IMG/VR virus record: IMGVR_UViG_3300033416_000011
Location: 1-45,881 of that record
From: a virus
Lineage: Duplodnaviria > Caudoviricetes
Length of the DNA: 45,881 nucleotides
Direction: 5' to 3' (one strand)
Positions within the stretch are counted from its first letter, which is position 1. Every line of letters begins with the position of its first letter. A program made the position numbers and the translations under genes. The notes under the pieces were generated by a model, which saw only the letters and a program-made list of their open reading frames with translations, was not told the DNA's origin and did not search any database. Positions 7,967 through 17,262 of this stretch are shown piece after piece.

Positions 7967-10034
7967 CGATAGGGGGCAGACCCCTAGTTATGGATTTTAC
8001 CGCCTGTTCATCCCTACGGCTAAGTGCATCGTATTTAGCGTCAGTGGCCCGTGTGACCACCTCTTTCTGTGTCTCAGCAGCTATCTCAGCCAGCCTTCCC
8101 TGAGTTTCAGCGGCTGTGACGGCTATGTCACTCCGTGTCTTCGCTGCCTGTTCAACAGCCTTGGCATCGGGAGTAGGAGCCTGAGCTATCGGGGGCGCAG
8201 AAGCTAACCTCTCAACCTGTTGCGTAAACGTATCGAACGCTCCCTCAATCTCAGTCGCAGCAGGCAGCGCAGCTACGTACCACTTAGCCGCGTCTAGCAC
8301 GAACCGTAAAGCTGAAGACAGCGCAGCAGGGCCCTGCTGAGAGGCTAGCGATAGTAGCGGCATCATCGAAGAGAAATACGACCCAATGCCTGTCAGTACC
8401 TCAATTCGCTGAGCCTTCAGCCAGGCTAGACTCTGAGTAGACAGCTGCTCAGGGCGCACCAGTACCCGCATACTCAGCTGCCCGCTTTTCAGCAGCTCTA
8501 CCGCGCGTACGGCTCGCTGATACCCTTCTGGCGTCTGGCATTCCTGCGTAAGCAGTATGTTGCTCTGGCTTAACATAGAGTCAACGCTGAAATTTTTCGC
8601 TATCATCTCCAGACGTATTTGCTGCAAGTCTGCAATGAACCGCGCTATCTCTAGCTGTATACAGCGCAGTCTCACCGAAGCAAATTCGGCCTTAATGGCA
8701 GTCGTAGTCGCAGTCTCTGCCAACACCTGTTGCCCGCGTAAAATATCAGATAGGCCAGTTATCTGGTACACGCTGTTTATCAAGTCGTTCCGCTGTTGCA
8801 CCAACACAACGAGTGCTTGCACTTGCGGCTCAATAGGTAGCAGGTCGACCGAGCCCTTGAGCCCCCCTCGCTCCATGAACGAGGCCCAGTTATCCACGGG
8901 TATAAGCCTGTTCTCGTTAACTTCGCTTAGCAGGTCTTCGAGCTTCCCCTGGCTCCTATCGTATGTGCCGGTCACGCGTATCGATGCTACGATCGCAGTT
9001 ATACGGGAGGTCAATGCATCAATCTGCCTATACTGGTCCTTCGCGTACTGATAGTCAGGGATAGGGGTTAACGACACTGTTGGCGCATTGGCCATCAACG
9101 GCGCAGGGAACGGGAAGAATCCACTTAGCCCCAGCGGGTCCTCCCCAGTTGGATTGTCCAGATGCGAAAGCGTAGCCGTAGCGCTGTCTACGTACCAATG
9201 CACCATACGGTGCTCTTTATCCCAGATTTCCCAGACCTCGGTGCGCTTGTTAGACTCTGGGTCTAAGCCCAGCACGCCCAGTGTGTTATCACCGAAGGCT
9301 TCCACTATCTGCTTCGAGCTCATGCAGGTTTTAAAAGCGAACCAGCGCACTTCGCCCCAAGTTTTCGAAGGGCTCCACAGCTGGTCTCTCCAGTGCGAAT
9401 AGACCACCTCTATACGCTCATTCGTAGCTACTTCAGTTTCGGGAACAGGTGGTGCCACCTCTCGAGCTACCGCCCCCGTACCACCGCACAAAGCGCAGGG
9501 AACAGGACTCGCCTCCGACTCAGGCACAGGGGTGTATTGCTGCGATAGGCTGTCGCAGGTACACGGCTCTTGCGCTGTGATAGCCTCTACCGCAGGTACC
9601 GTGTTGTAGTCTGCCTCATATACCGCGCGAGCTAGCCCAAAGCCAGCCACGAGCCGGTCTAACGTGAGCTGGTTCAACGCTGAGTTGAATGCACCCCGCT
9701 CGTCTTCCAGGCCCCTGTTCAACAGTCTTTTAGCTATTAGCGAAGCAAGCCTAGCGTCATCATCGTCTGGGTCGTCAAACTGCCGCTTCACTTCGCAGGA
9801 GGGGGCCGAACTGAACAGAATCGCATGCTGTAGCTGCACCCCCGAAGCGAATAGGTTTAGTTGCGTTTCGGCATCCTCTAGACCTCTGCTAAGAGTGTAC
9901 ACTTTATCAACACTCTCAGCAGCGCTTTTCCAGCTATCGACACCCCTCCAATTAGTCTTGGAGTCAGGCTCACGTGCGGATTTGAATTCGTTTTTCCAGT
10001 AGCTTGCCCACTGAGCGGGTGATTTAGCTTCCAC
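7950..10034 (-). CDS. Portal protein
   Basis: 694 aa. Motifs VWEIWDK, DPLGL.GFFPFP.PL, PIPDY, YQITGLSDILRG, ETAT...IKA.FAS.RL. Confidence 0.9.
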   Translation of the reverse strand: MEAKSPAQWASYWKNEFKSAREPDSKTNWRGVDSWKSAAESVDKVYTLSRGLEDAETQLNLFASGVQLQHAILFSSAPSCEVKRQFDDPDDDDARLASLIAKRLLNRGLEDERGAFNSALNQLTLDRLVAGFGLARAVYEADYNTVPAVEAITAQEPCTCDSLSQQYTPVPESEASPVPCALCGGTGAVAREVAPPVPETEVATNERIEVVYSHWRDQLWSPSKTWGEVRWFAFKTCMSSKQIVEAFGDNTLGVLGLDPESNKRTEVWEIWDKEHRMVHWYVDSATATLSHLDNPTGEDPLGLSGFFPFPAPLMANAPTVSLTPIPDYQYAKDQYRQIDALTSRITAIVASIRVTGTYDRSQGKLEDLLSEVNENRLIPVDNWASFMERGGLKGSVDLLPIEPQVQALVVLVQQRNDLINSVYQITGLSDILRGQQVLAETATTTAIKAEFASVRLRCIQLEIARFIADLQQIRLEMIAKNFSVDSMLSQSNILLTQECQTPEGYQRAVRAVELLKSGQLSMRVLVRPEQLSTQSLAWLKAQRIEVLTGIGSYFSSMMPLLSLASQQGPAALSSALRFVLDAAKWYVAALPAATEIEGAFDTFTQQVERLASAPPIAQAPTPDAKAVEQAAKTRSDIAVTAAETQGRLAEIAAETQKEVVTRATDAKYDALSRRDEQAVKSITRGLPPIVVAPT

Positions 10035-10665
10035 AGTTTGCTCCTTCAGACGTGGCTACCAGCTTGCGCAGTATAGCGAGTATACTATCTGTGATAGCGG
10101 CCGGAGACACTGTAGCATCCACTATCACGTAGTCTGGCCCGCTGTACTCCCACAGCTTTCGGTAGCCATTAATTAGCAAATTAACCTTGTCTACGTCGCC
10201 TTCGTACAACTCTGCGGTGTCGCGCTCTTTCCGCGCCAGCACGGTCTCAGCGTTAACGTCTAGCAGGATGCTTAGCCTGGGCTTTGGGAGGCCTTCGTGC
10301 AGCCTCCTCACGAATACCCTTGGTACGTGGTCCAACATGCACCCGTACACCTCTGCCGATTGAGTGTACCGGTCACAGAAGGCTAAAGGGTACGCCGCGG
10401 CTCTATACAGGCCTTCGCTTTCGCGCATATTGGCCGCCATCAGCGACTGCAAAGTAACAGCTGACAGTACGTCTGGGCTGCCGAGGGAACTGTCGGAACA
10501 GCTAAGTTTAGCTACTTTACGTAGCAACCCGTCTATAACTTTCCCCGATGCGGTAGATCTATCTGGGAAAGCTATGCCTAGCGCCATTGGTGCAAAGTAC
10601 TTAGTCAGCCTTCGCACCTGGGTGCTTTTGCCGCAGCCGTCGACACCTTCTATCACTACCAGCAT
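10024..10665 (-). CDS. tmk: Thymidylate (dTMP) kinase
   Basis: P-loop IEGVDGCGKSTQ plus FPDR, DRY..S..VY and LPKP...ILLDV motifs. Probable start ATG 10665. Confidence 0.88.
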   Translation of the reverse strand: MLVVIEGVDGCGKSTQVRRLTKYFAPMALGIAFPDRSTASGKVIDGLLRKVAKLSCSDSSLGSPDVLSAVTLQSLMAANMRESEGLYRAAAYPLAFCDRYTQSAEVYGCMLDHVPRVFVRRLHEGLPKPRLSILLDVNAETVLARKERDTAELYEGDVDKVNLLINGYRKLWEYSGPDYVIVDATVSPAAITDSILAILRKLVATSEGANCGS

Positions 10666-11081
10666 ACTGTATCCTTTGTATAGGTAGAGCCATCGCACGC
10701 TATCAGTACGTCCTTAGTGAAACACGCTACCAACACGTGATTCTCGAGTGCACTTAGTACTTCTAGTAAAGACCCGCATCGGCCTGTCGTGTGAGGAGGC
10801 TCCAAGAACAACTGCTCTATGTGCTTTAACGACTCCGAATGCGAGCCACCTTTGACCCCACACTTGACAACGCTACCTGCTAGCGCTGTGCACTTAGCCG
10901 CAAATTCAGGCGAGGCCTCGGCTCGATCAACACTACCCAACATATCGCGTTCTATTGAAGCACGGGTGACACGAGTAGCTGTTGAATAGTACCGTAACGC
11001 TGGGTCGTTAGCAGTGAGTAAGACGTATCTCATGCACCTGAATAGCGCGTTTACTGTAGATACGTAACGGCGCGCTATCAC
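10656..11081 (-). CDS. Hypothetical protein
   Basis: 141 aa ORF translationally coupled (ATGA) to the upstream kinase. Confidence 0.55.
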   Translation of the reverse strand: MIARRYVSTVNALFRCMRYVLLTANDPALRYYSTATRVTRASIERDMLGSVDRAEASPEFAAKCTALAGSVVKCGVKGGSHSESLKHIEQLFLEPPHTTGRCGSLLEVLSALENHVLVACFTKDVLIACDGSTYTKDTVCW

Positions 11082-11515
11082 GGAGTCTCTCTCCTTCCAT
11101 TCGCATCCTCGATGCGTATACCCGGTTCGTCGAAATCCCAGTCTTGGCGCTGTCTGCGTATAACCGGGATAACGTCTTCACGTCCAGTCTCTATGGCTCT
11201 CCGTATGCACTCTTCTTCAGTAGTAGGAAACACTACAAACTCTATCGATGCTTCTCTAAATCTACTCTTCCATTCGTCTCGACGTTTTTTAGTGACGTTT
11301 GTCGCGTCCACGACCACGGTCTCATTGCCCGCCAAAAACAGAGCCCTGACCATCATATAGGCCATAGCCCAGACCAATGGCTCCGACTCTTCTCGGTATG
11401 CTTGGCCGTGCACAGCTAGCCTAATAGAGTCGGGGTTTACAATCGGAAAACCAGTACCTTTCGCCCAGGTAGATTTGCCACTCCGTGGAAGACCAACAGT
11501 CAGTATCAGTTTCAC
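11078..11515 (-). CDS. AAA_33 / polynucleotide-kinase-like P-loop kinase
   Basis: GLPRSGKSTWA Walker A, D.IR, VVVDATN...RR..W and C..R motifs. Confidence 0.85.
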   Translation of the reverse strand: MKLILTVGLPRSGKSTWAKGTGFPIVNPDSIRLAVHGQAYREESEPLVWAMAYMMVRALFLAGNETVVVDATNVTKKRRDEWKSRFREASIEFVVFPTTEEECIRRAIETGREDVIPVIRRQRQDWDFDEPGIRIEDANGRRETP

Positions 11516-11526
11516 GGCTACGCCCC

Positions 11527-12276
11527 CTATTTAGTTTCCTCTTTCTTCGTGCTAGTAACCATCAACGCTTTGAGCATCTCCACAGTGTTAGCTACCGCCT
11601 TCTGCAACACCTCGGACGGTAGCTCGATCGAGTACACGCTTCCAGATCTCGCCATGCCAGCTGTTACACAGTCAGCAATCATCTCCAACACATCAAGTAG
11701 GTTTACGTCTGGCGGAACCACCCTCTTTAAATGATGCCTGGCCGTAGTGTAGTGGCTCTCCAGCCAAGCCTTATCTACGAACCCGCCCGAAAACCCTGCG
11801 TAAAACTCGTCCGCATGCTCGATTTTATCGCTATCATGCATAAACGCGGCAAGGCGTAGCTTTGCGACAAACACCTCAACAGCTTTCCGAACATCGTTAA
11901 TGTGCGCTAGCGAACTGCGCAACACTTGGGCGGACTTTACCTGCGCAAAATCGCAAGTACGACTATCCGCTGTCGGGGTCGATTCCAAATTTACCCGCAA
12001 ATCAGCGCTAGCCAGGTAGCTGGCACACGCATCTTTCAAGTCACAAAGCTGTCTGCGCAGCCACTCTACACTAAGCATTGCAATAGAATTAGTACTTTCT
12101 GCCAGAGCCTCACGCAGGGCAGCCTCATTTCTCGATATACAAGACAGCGCTACCGTATATTCTTCTAAGTTACGTATAGTGTAGCTACCGTATATCTGTG
12201 ACAGCTCAGGAAGCCCAACCGACGCTCGAGACTCTACGCACTCTACCGGTTCTCTAGGCATCTCGTCACAAGGCAT
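11527..12276 (-). CDS. Protein with a C-terminal HD-like (DUF5662-like) phosphohydrolase domain
   Basis: H...V...HDSDK...HY...RHH...LLDVLEMIADCV motif series. Confidence 0.65.
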   Translation of the reverse strand: MPCDEMPREPVECVESRASVGLPELSQIYGSYTIRNLEEYTVALSCISRNEAALREALAESTNSIAMLSVEWLRRQLCDLKDACASYLASADLRVNLESTPTADSRTCDFAQVKSAQVLRSSLAHINDVRKAVEVFVAKLRLAAFMHDSDKIEHADEFYAGFSGGFVDKAWLESHYTTARHHLKRVVPPDVNLLDVLEMIADCVTAGMARSGSVYSIELPSEVLQKAVANTVEMLKALMVTSTKKEETK

Positions 12277-12290
12277 GCTCCCTCCAAAGT

Positions 12291-13727
12291 CTAACGTTTA
12301 TCCACCCTACACTGGGTAGAGGCCCTAATCAAATCGTCCAAAGTAATACCTGTTACCGTGCGTATCGCAGAAGCCGATGGCTTACTGCGCTCAACCATCT
12401 GGGTAGCCTGGCGAACTGTTAGGGCCAGCCCTCTGAATGCGTCTGCAGCGTGCGAACTCCAATCGTGTACGGGGCTATTCGAGTACGTTTTTCGTGCCCC
12501 ATCCCACTCGTAGCTGTACGCCTTCAACGCCGTTACCCCTTCCGCGCAGCGAACACCGAAATACACGTCGCGCTGAAGCAGCCACCGAACTGCCTCCATA
12601 CCGTCTTTCACCGAAGTTTCAGGGTATATTCCCAGAGTGGATAGGCCCCAACGCTGCTCAAGCTGCTCGAGCACCGAAGTGCCCGTTAAGTGCATGGCCC
12701 TAGCGTCATGGGGCAGCCAGTGCCTTACCACATTCACTTTTAGCTCACCCGCCACCTGAGCCATTTTATCAATGTAATGGCTCAGAGGTCGGCCCCTGTT
12801 TTCGTAGTACGCCAGTACCTGTACTGAGCTGTCTTTTCCAAAAGTGTAAATCCAAAATCCTGTAGCATCTCCCCTAGCACCAGACCCACCTAGGTCCCAA
12901 ACGGAGAAAGCCAACTGTAACGAAGGCGCTAGAACTAGGTCAGTACGCCCCTTTGCCTCCAATGCACAAATTAGCTCACCGTAAACGGCCCCTACGTTCG
13001 CTACCTCCCAATCGGTCTCGTATTCCTGCCTAGCGATAGCGGGATCCATGCCCCCCTCTATCTCCTCCTCAATCATCTCTTTGGCGCCGATCATGGTCGA
13101 GGGGTCCTTCACGCTGCGATACATCAACCCGAGATCGTGGACCGTTCGCTTGTCACAAAACCACCCCTTAGCTTCTTGCGCCAGGCTGAATATCTTGTGA
13201 AAGTGATTTCTTCCTCTAGGAGTTGATAGAAAGGCCGCCCAACCATCATTCCCTCGCAGCATCGGTGACACAAACTGCCACACGCTTGGTTTAGCAAGCG
13301 CGTACTCAGTGAAAACCACCCCCACAGGGCCGGCCCCAACAACATCGACATGATCGGAGCCCAGCAGGCGCCACACAGCGCCGTTTTTCAACTCTACAAC
13401 CATCTCTGCGTTCAGCGACCACTCACGTGGGTGGCTCCTAATAGCCGCGGGGAAAACCGCTTCCATAACGCGCTGGCCGTTCGAAGCAAACTCTGTCCAG
13501 ATCGCTTTTCTGCCCTGCCGTTCGGTGGGGAACACGTGCCAGTATGCCGCAGGCCTTCGCAGCATCAGCATACACGTTGCGTGCATGGCCGTTGCATCTT
13601 TGCCGGCACGACGAGGCCAGCACACTACGGCTCTCTTACCCCTACCATCCGTACGACTAGTTAAGTAGCGCATCAAAGGAAGCTGATACGCTCTAGGCGT
13701 AAAATTGGGTATTTCTACCGTACTCAA
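12291..13727 (-). CDS. terL: Terminase large subunit
   Basis: PRAYQ, RRAGKD Walker A, VVFTEYA, STPRG.NHF, nuclease WDLG, LPHDA and HDWSSHAADAFR motifs. Confidence 0.95.
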   Translation of the reverse strand: MSTVEIPNFTPRAYQLPLMRYLTSRTDGRGKRAVVCWPRRAGKDATAMHATCMLMLRRPAAYWHVFPTERQGRKAIWTEFASNGQRVMEAVFPAAIRSHPREWSLNAEMVVELKNGAVWRLLGSDHVDVVGAGPVGVVFTEYALAKPSVWQFVSPMLRGNDGWAAFLSTPRGRNHFHKIFSLAQEAKGWFCDKRTVHDLGLMYRSVKDPSTMIGAKEMIEEEIEGGMDPAIARQEYETDWEVANVGAVYGELICALEAKGRTDLVLAPSLQLAFSVWDLGGSGARGDATGFWIYTFGKDSSVQVLAYYENRGRPLSHYIDKMAQVAGELKVNVVRHWLPHDARAMHLTGTSVLEQLEQRWGLSTLGIYPETSVKDGMEAVRWLLQRDVYFGVRCAEGVTALKAYSYEWDGARKTYSNSPVHDWSSHAADAFRGLALTVRQATQMVERSKPSASAIRTVTGITLDDLIRASTQCRVDKR

Positions 13728-13951
13728 CTACGATTCCTAGAGGCTTCCATGGCCTGCGCTTTTAGCGAGGGGAAACGCTTAGCAGTCTCTGAGTACACTT
13801 TGCGCTTCTCTGCAGGCGTGCCATGCGCCATGACCCTAGCCCTCGCATTTCCAGCATGCGCTATATCTGGAATAGGGTATTTCTTGCTGGAGGGGAACAC
13901 GAATTCTGAAGGGGGTAGCCTCTTTCGTTCTCGATATGTAAGAGTCGCCAT
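13724..13951 (-). CDS. Small basic protein (DUF6582-like)
   Basis: R..LP.S.F.FP...KYPIPD.AHA.NA.ARV motif. Confidence 0.7.
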   Translation of the reverse strand: MATLTYRERKRLPPSEFVFPSSKKYPIPDIAHAGNARARVMAHGTPAEKRKVYSETAKRFPSLKAQAMEASRNRS

Positions 13952-14200
13952 CTATTTCACTCCGGGAAAATTATCGCTGCCCCCAACTAAGTACGCACGC
14001 CCTGACCCGCCGCAAAAATACATATAGCCATCTACCGAAAGTAGTTGCGCGTTCCCTATTGCACATACCCTCTCAGCTTTGTATTGTCTCGCTGCTACGC
14101 GAGCCTCGCGGATATCAAGCACAATTCGCACAGACACCATGGCCAGTACAAGCGTTATGCACAGAATCCAAGGGAGGGTTGGATCAGTTCTCCAGCTCAC
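13952..14200 (-). CDS. Small membrane protein
   Basis: One N-terminal hydrophobic segment; tightly packed in the operon. Confidence 0.55.
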   Translation of the reverse strand: MSWRTDPTLPWILCITLVLAMVSVRIVLDIREARVAARQYKAERVCAIGNAQLLSVDGYMYFCGGSGRAYLVGGSDNFPGVK

Positions 14201-14364
14201 ACGTACCCCAAGTAGCTAAAGGCTACCATCGTAAAAACTGCTGTTGACGAAAACACTATCAACCCTAAGGCCAACGCCAGCATCGTGGCTCGGCACCATG
14301 TAGGTACGCTATGGCTCGTAAGGAATAGCTCTATGAAGTGTGAGTCAGTTATCTGACTTTGCAT
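14197..14364 (-). CDS. Small membrane protein
   Basis: Hydrophobic C-terminal helix. Probable start at MQSQIT. Confidence 0.45.
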   Translation of the reverse strand: MQSQITDSHFIELFLTSHSVPTWCRATMLALALGLIVFSSTAVFTMVAFSYLGYV

Positions 14365-14770
14365 TACCGGCCTCCGACTCAGCCCCAAAATCCTTGATTA
14401 CCACGGTCACAGGCTTGGTGGTTTCAGAGTCCGTTTTTCGAAGGGTGTACTCAGCTCGAAGGCGCAGCATGGCCACCTGAGCGATCGCGTTCCGGCCAGG
14501 ATTGCGGGATATTCGCTGTATCTCGCGTAAATCTTCGGGGGTGAAACGCAAGCCATCCACAATGTTGGCGTCGCTCAACGGCGCTTCCGGCACAGCAGCC
14601 CCCTGGACCATCTCCAGGATTTTCTCAGCCTGAACGGCACCTCGGGGCCTGCGTTTGCGAGGCCTTTTCGAAAAACGAGACGCACCCTTAGTGGTGTCCA
14701 CTTTGGGTCTAATTCCGCCTGCCCCACTCAAATCCTTGGCAGGCGGCAGATACGGCAGTTTCCGGCTCAC
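14345..14770 (-). CDS. Possible terminase small subunit
   Basis: 141 aa, basic N-terminus, C-terminal VTVVIKDF strand, near the start of the late operon. Call rests on position only. Confidence 0.4.
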   Translation of the reverse strand: MSRKLPYLPPAKDLSGAGGIRPKVDTTKGASRFSKRPRKRRPRGAVQAEKILEMVQGAAVPEAPLSDANIVDGLRFTPEDLREIQRISRNPGRNAIAQVAMLRLRAEYTLRKTDSETTKPVTVVIKDFGAESEAGNAKSDN

Positions 14771-14826
14771 TTTCGGATTTTGACTTTCTTCCCGCCCTTA
14801 CCTTTGCCCTTGCCCTTACATGCCAT
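14767..14826 (-). CDS. 19-aa lysine/glycine-rich peptide MACKGKGKGKGGKKVKIRK
   Basis: ATG 14826 after a purine-rich RBS-like run. Stop overlaps the next start (GTGA). Confidence 0.5.
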   Translation of the reverse strand: MACKGKGKGKGGKKVKIRK

Positions 14827-15066
14827 CTCTCTCGCCCTCGCGCGCATATGCCAAGTGTGCTCTGGAAACCGAAACTTACAAGGACAGCACCCACGTGTCA
14901 AATGCCACCCGGACCCCGCACCCCGATAATACACCGTGGGAAGCCGCATAGCGCGCAAAGTGACCACCCAGCAAGAGCCACGCAACAGGGAGCCCCTCTA
15001 CAGCCAGGCCTCACGCCGAAGCGCTTACAAGCCCCCAGTGGCGCCAGGCGCAGTATAGCCTGTGAA

Positions 15067-15105
15067 ATATGTGGCCATATATGACGATATGTTGCCATAT
15101 ATGAC
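15067..15105. repeat. Tandem 19-bp repeat ATATGTKGCCATATATGAC x2
   Basis: Copies at 15067-15085 and 15087-15105, one mismatch. Confidence 0.85.
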
Positions 15106-15199
15106 CATACATTTGTACGCAGAAGTACGCAGACCTACGACAAAACGGCCTAAAAAGAACGGTATTTTGGTAGTTAAAAGTGTGCTCTACTACCACAGA

Positions 15200-15970
15200 G
15201 GAAGCTCGTAAAAGGCCCCTGGGGAAGCGTGAAACTCGAAAATGCCTTTAACGTACCGGTACTTACGTGCTATTTACCATACGTGTTCTGGGCACGTACT
15301 TTGAGTTATCCCGTAGCCGGGAATCAGTAGTACTTACGCAAGTTTAGGTTGCAAGCTATTTCATCTCGAAGCGATCCTTATTTATATATTTATTTATTAT
15401 TTTCAATTACTTATAATAATAAATAATAAATAAAGCAGGATAAACGGGATGGTTTGATATTGCTGTAATAGCAAAATGTGTACATAGGGGTATGAGCCAC
15501 CCTGCTTGTACGCAACGCCAATAGAGCGATTAGGGGCGACATCCTGCGCATCCCGGTAACAGCCAAAAAGTGCAGTAGTTACGATGGTTTAGGTGCAACG
15601 AGATCGCTTTGGGATGAGCGGGATGCTAGGCTAAGTTACCGCATTTGCTGCGGAAACTATCCTGATTGGGTTAACTGTGCGTTGTAGGCGCCTGTTGATG
15701 CCTAATATACCAATATTATTGATGTAATTCAAGTCAGGTGGGGGTGCCCCCCCGCGGTGGCTACGAGATCAGTTCCAGGAAGGTACACTTTTTACGGGTG
15801 AGCACTGCCATAGGGCAACGTAAATACACGTGAAAACCCCAGCCCGAGATTATGAGTACTGGGTGAAGCAGCACTTCACGACTTCGAATGGTGCCGTTCA
15901 TGTCTGGCTCCACACTGTCATTTAGCGAGTAGACCATAATTGACTGGACTAACGCATTGATTTCGTTGGG
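15200..15970. other. Large non-coding region: candidate replication origin and/or packaging region
   Basis: No ORF of 60 aa or more. Near-pure AT tract at ~15378-15434, flanked by imperfect direct repeats at 15329-15354 and 15574-15598. Confidence 0.55.
15950..15962 (-). promoter_or_regulatory. IHF consensus match
   Basis: Minus strand AATCAA-TGCG-TTA fits WATCAR-N4-TTR. Confidence 0.35.
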
Positions 15971-16423
15971 TTACAGGGCTCGTGCGCCTACGACCAACGG
16001 TTCGCCATCGGATCCGCGCGCTGCGATTAGCCATCCGCCTACCGCAACCTTGCGCCCGTGACCGTTAAAAATCCTGTAAGTTCCGTCGCTGGTATCGCCA
16101 AGGCCATCTACGTACGCCATCGATACGCCGTCCTCGTATCTATTATCGCGGAAGTTCCTAGAGCGTCCGCCTTCGGGCACCTCTCCATAGCGCCACCCTG
16201 TTACCCAACGTGGCATATCGGCCCCTCTCATGCCCGCATTAAGGAACGCCAGTGCTGCGTGCGACAGCGCCAACATGTCATCGCAGCTCATACCCGCGTC
16301 CTCAAACCATTGACACGATGCCATTGTGTTCAGGGTTTTAAACCCTGCTGCTCGAGCGGCTTGCCCTAATGCGTACATCTCCTGCCATTTTTCGGGAGTC
16401 GGGGGAGTTGTTGTAGCGCTCAT
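15971..16423 (-). CDS. Conserved phage hypothetical protein
   Basis: 150 aa with RYG..PE.GRS.N.RD...E.GVS and GSDGEPL motifs. Confidence 0.7.
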   Translation of the reverse strand: MSATTTPPTPEKWQEMYALGQAARAAGFKTLNTMASCQWFEDAGMSCDDMLALSHAALAFLNAGMRGADMPRWVTGWRYGEVPEGGRSRNFRDNRYEDGVSMAYVDGLGDTSDGTYRIFNGHGRKVAVGGWLIAARGSDGEPLVVGARAL

Positions 16424-16436
16424 GACAGCTAGATAC

Positions 16437-16453
16437 TGCAGTAGCTGTGCCAG
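16437..16453 (-). promoter_or_regulatory. Sigma-54-type (-24/-12) promoter
   Basis: Minus strand CTGGCACAGCTACTGCA: GG-N10-GC, close to TGGCAC-N5-TTGCW. Intergenic and correctly oriented. Confidence 0.7.
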
Positions 16454-16590
16454 AGTACGCCTAAGCTAACTTAGCTGTTTCGCTGGGAAATGCACGTTCT
16501 GGCGCGGGTAATGCTCGCCCCAGGGTAGACAACGCATACCCCGTCTAGGCCTAGACTGTGTATAAAGGCCTAGACGGGTCTGCGATAGGG

Positions 16591-16797
16591 TTATCGCAGG
16601 TGGGGTTTGCTGTGGCGCGCGTGTACGGCCAGAAAGCCCCTGACCCAATCGCTATCCGTGGTTGTTGGGTTGAGCCCAAAGTCCGATGCCTCGAAGCACC
16701 CTGTGGCCAACTGTTCGGCCATGATGCCTCGAAGTGTTACACTACGCGCTAAGTAGTAAAGCCTACCCTTCTCTTCCTGAGTTAGCCGGATGGCCAT
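16591..16797 (-). CDS. Hypothetical protein
   Basis: MAIRLTQEEK..., ATG just after the upstream stop, with GGAG RBS. Confidence 0.55.
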   Translation of the reverse strand: MAIRLTQEEKGRLYYLARSVTLRGIMAEQLATGCFEASDFGLNPTTTDSDWVRGFLAVHARHSKPHLR

Positions 16798-16798
16798 G

Positions 16799-17152
16799 TT
16801 ATTGCTCCATAGTAGCGAGCCATTCGGCGTCGTTAACCATGGCATACTTTACCGTGATTAGCGGGTTCTTTTCTAGGATTGGGCGTAGATCGTACGCCCT
16901 TACGTGCATGGAATGCACTGTCACTGTACGTGGTTTCGCAGTGCTAAGTGCGAGCACCTCTGCCAGGGGTTCAGTGGTTCCTTGAGCGAGCTGAAAATCT
17001 AGGGAAACTACATCTATGCCCTGTTCCTGGAGTGCCGTGACGGCTTCCTCCACGGTGTAGGCATGCACAGCTTTAACAGCTTTGTTGTGAAGTATCAGAC
17101 CGGCCAGAAAGTGTAATTCAGCGTTGTCGTCTACAATCAGCACTGTTTTCAT
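16799..17152 (-). CDS. Stand-alone receiver (REC) domain protein
   Basis: VLIVDDN, EEA...L, DVVSLDFQL and VTVHS motifs. GAGGA RBS. Confidence 0.8.
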   Translation of the reverse strand: MKTVLIVDDNAELHFLAGLILHNKAVKAVHAYTVEEAVTALQEQGIDVVSLDFQLAQGTTEPLAEVLALSTAKPRTVTVHSMHVRAYDLRPILEKNPLITVKYAMVNDAEWLATMEQ

Positions 17153-17262
17153 AGTTTCCTCGTAGTTACTGTGCTAATAGGTGAGCCAGGTATCCCCCTA
17201 AAGCACAAGCCGCCCAACTCGCAATTATGAGTATGAGGGCATATGCCAGCAGAAGGGTTTTC

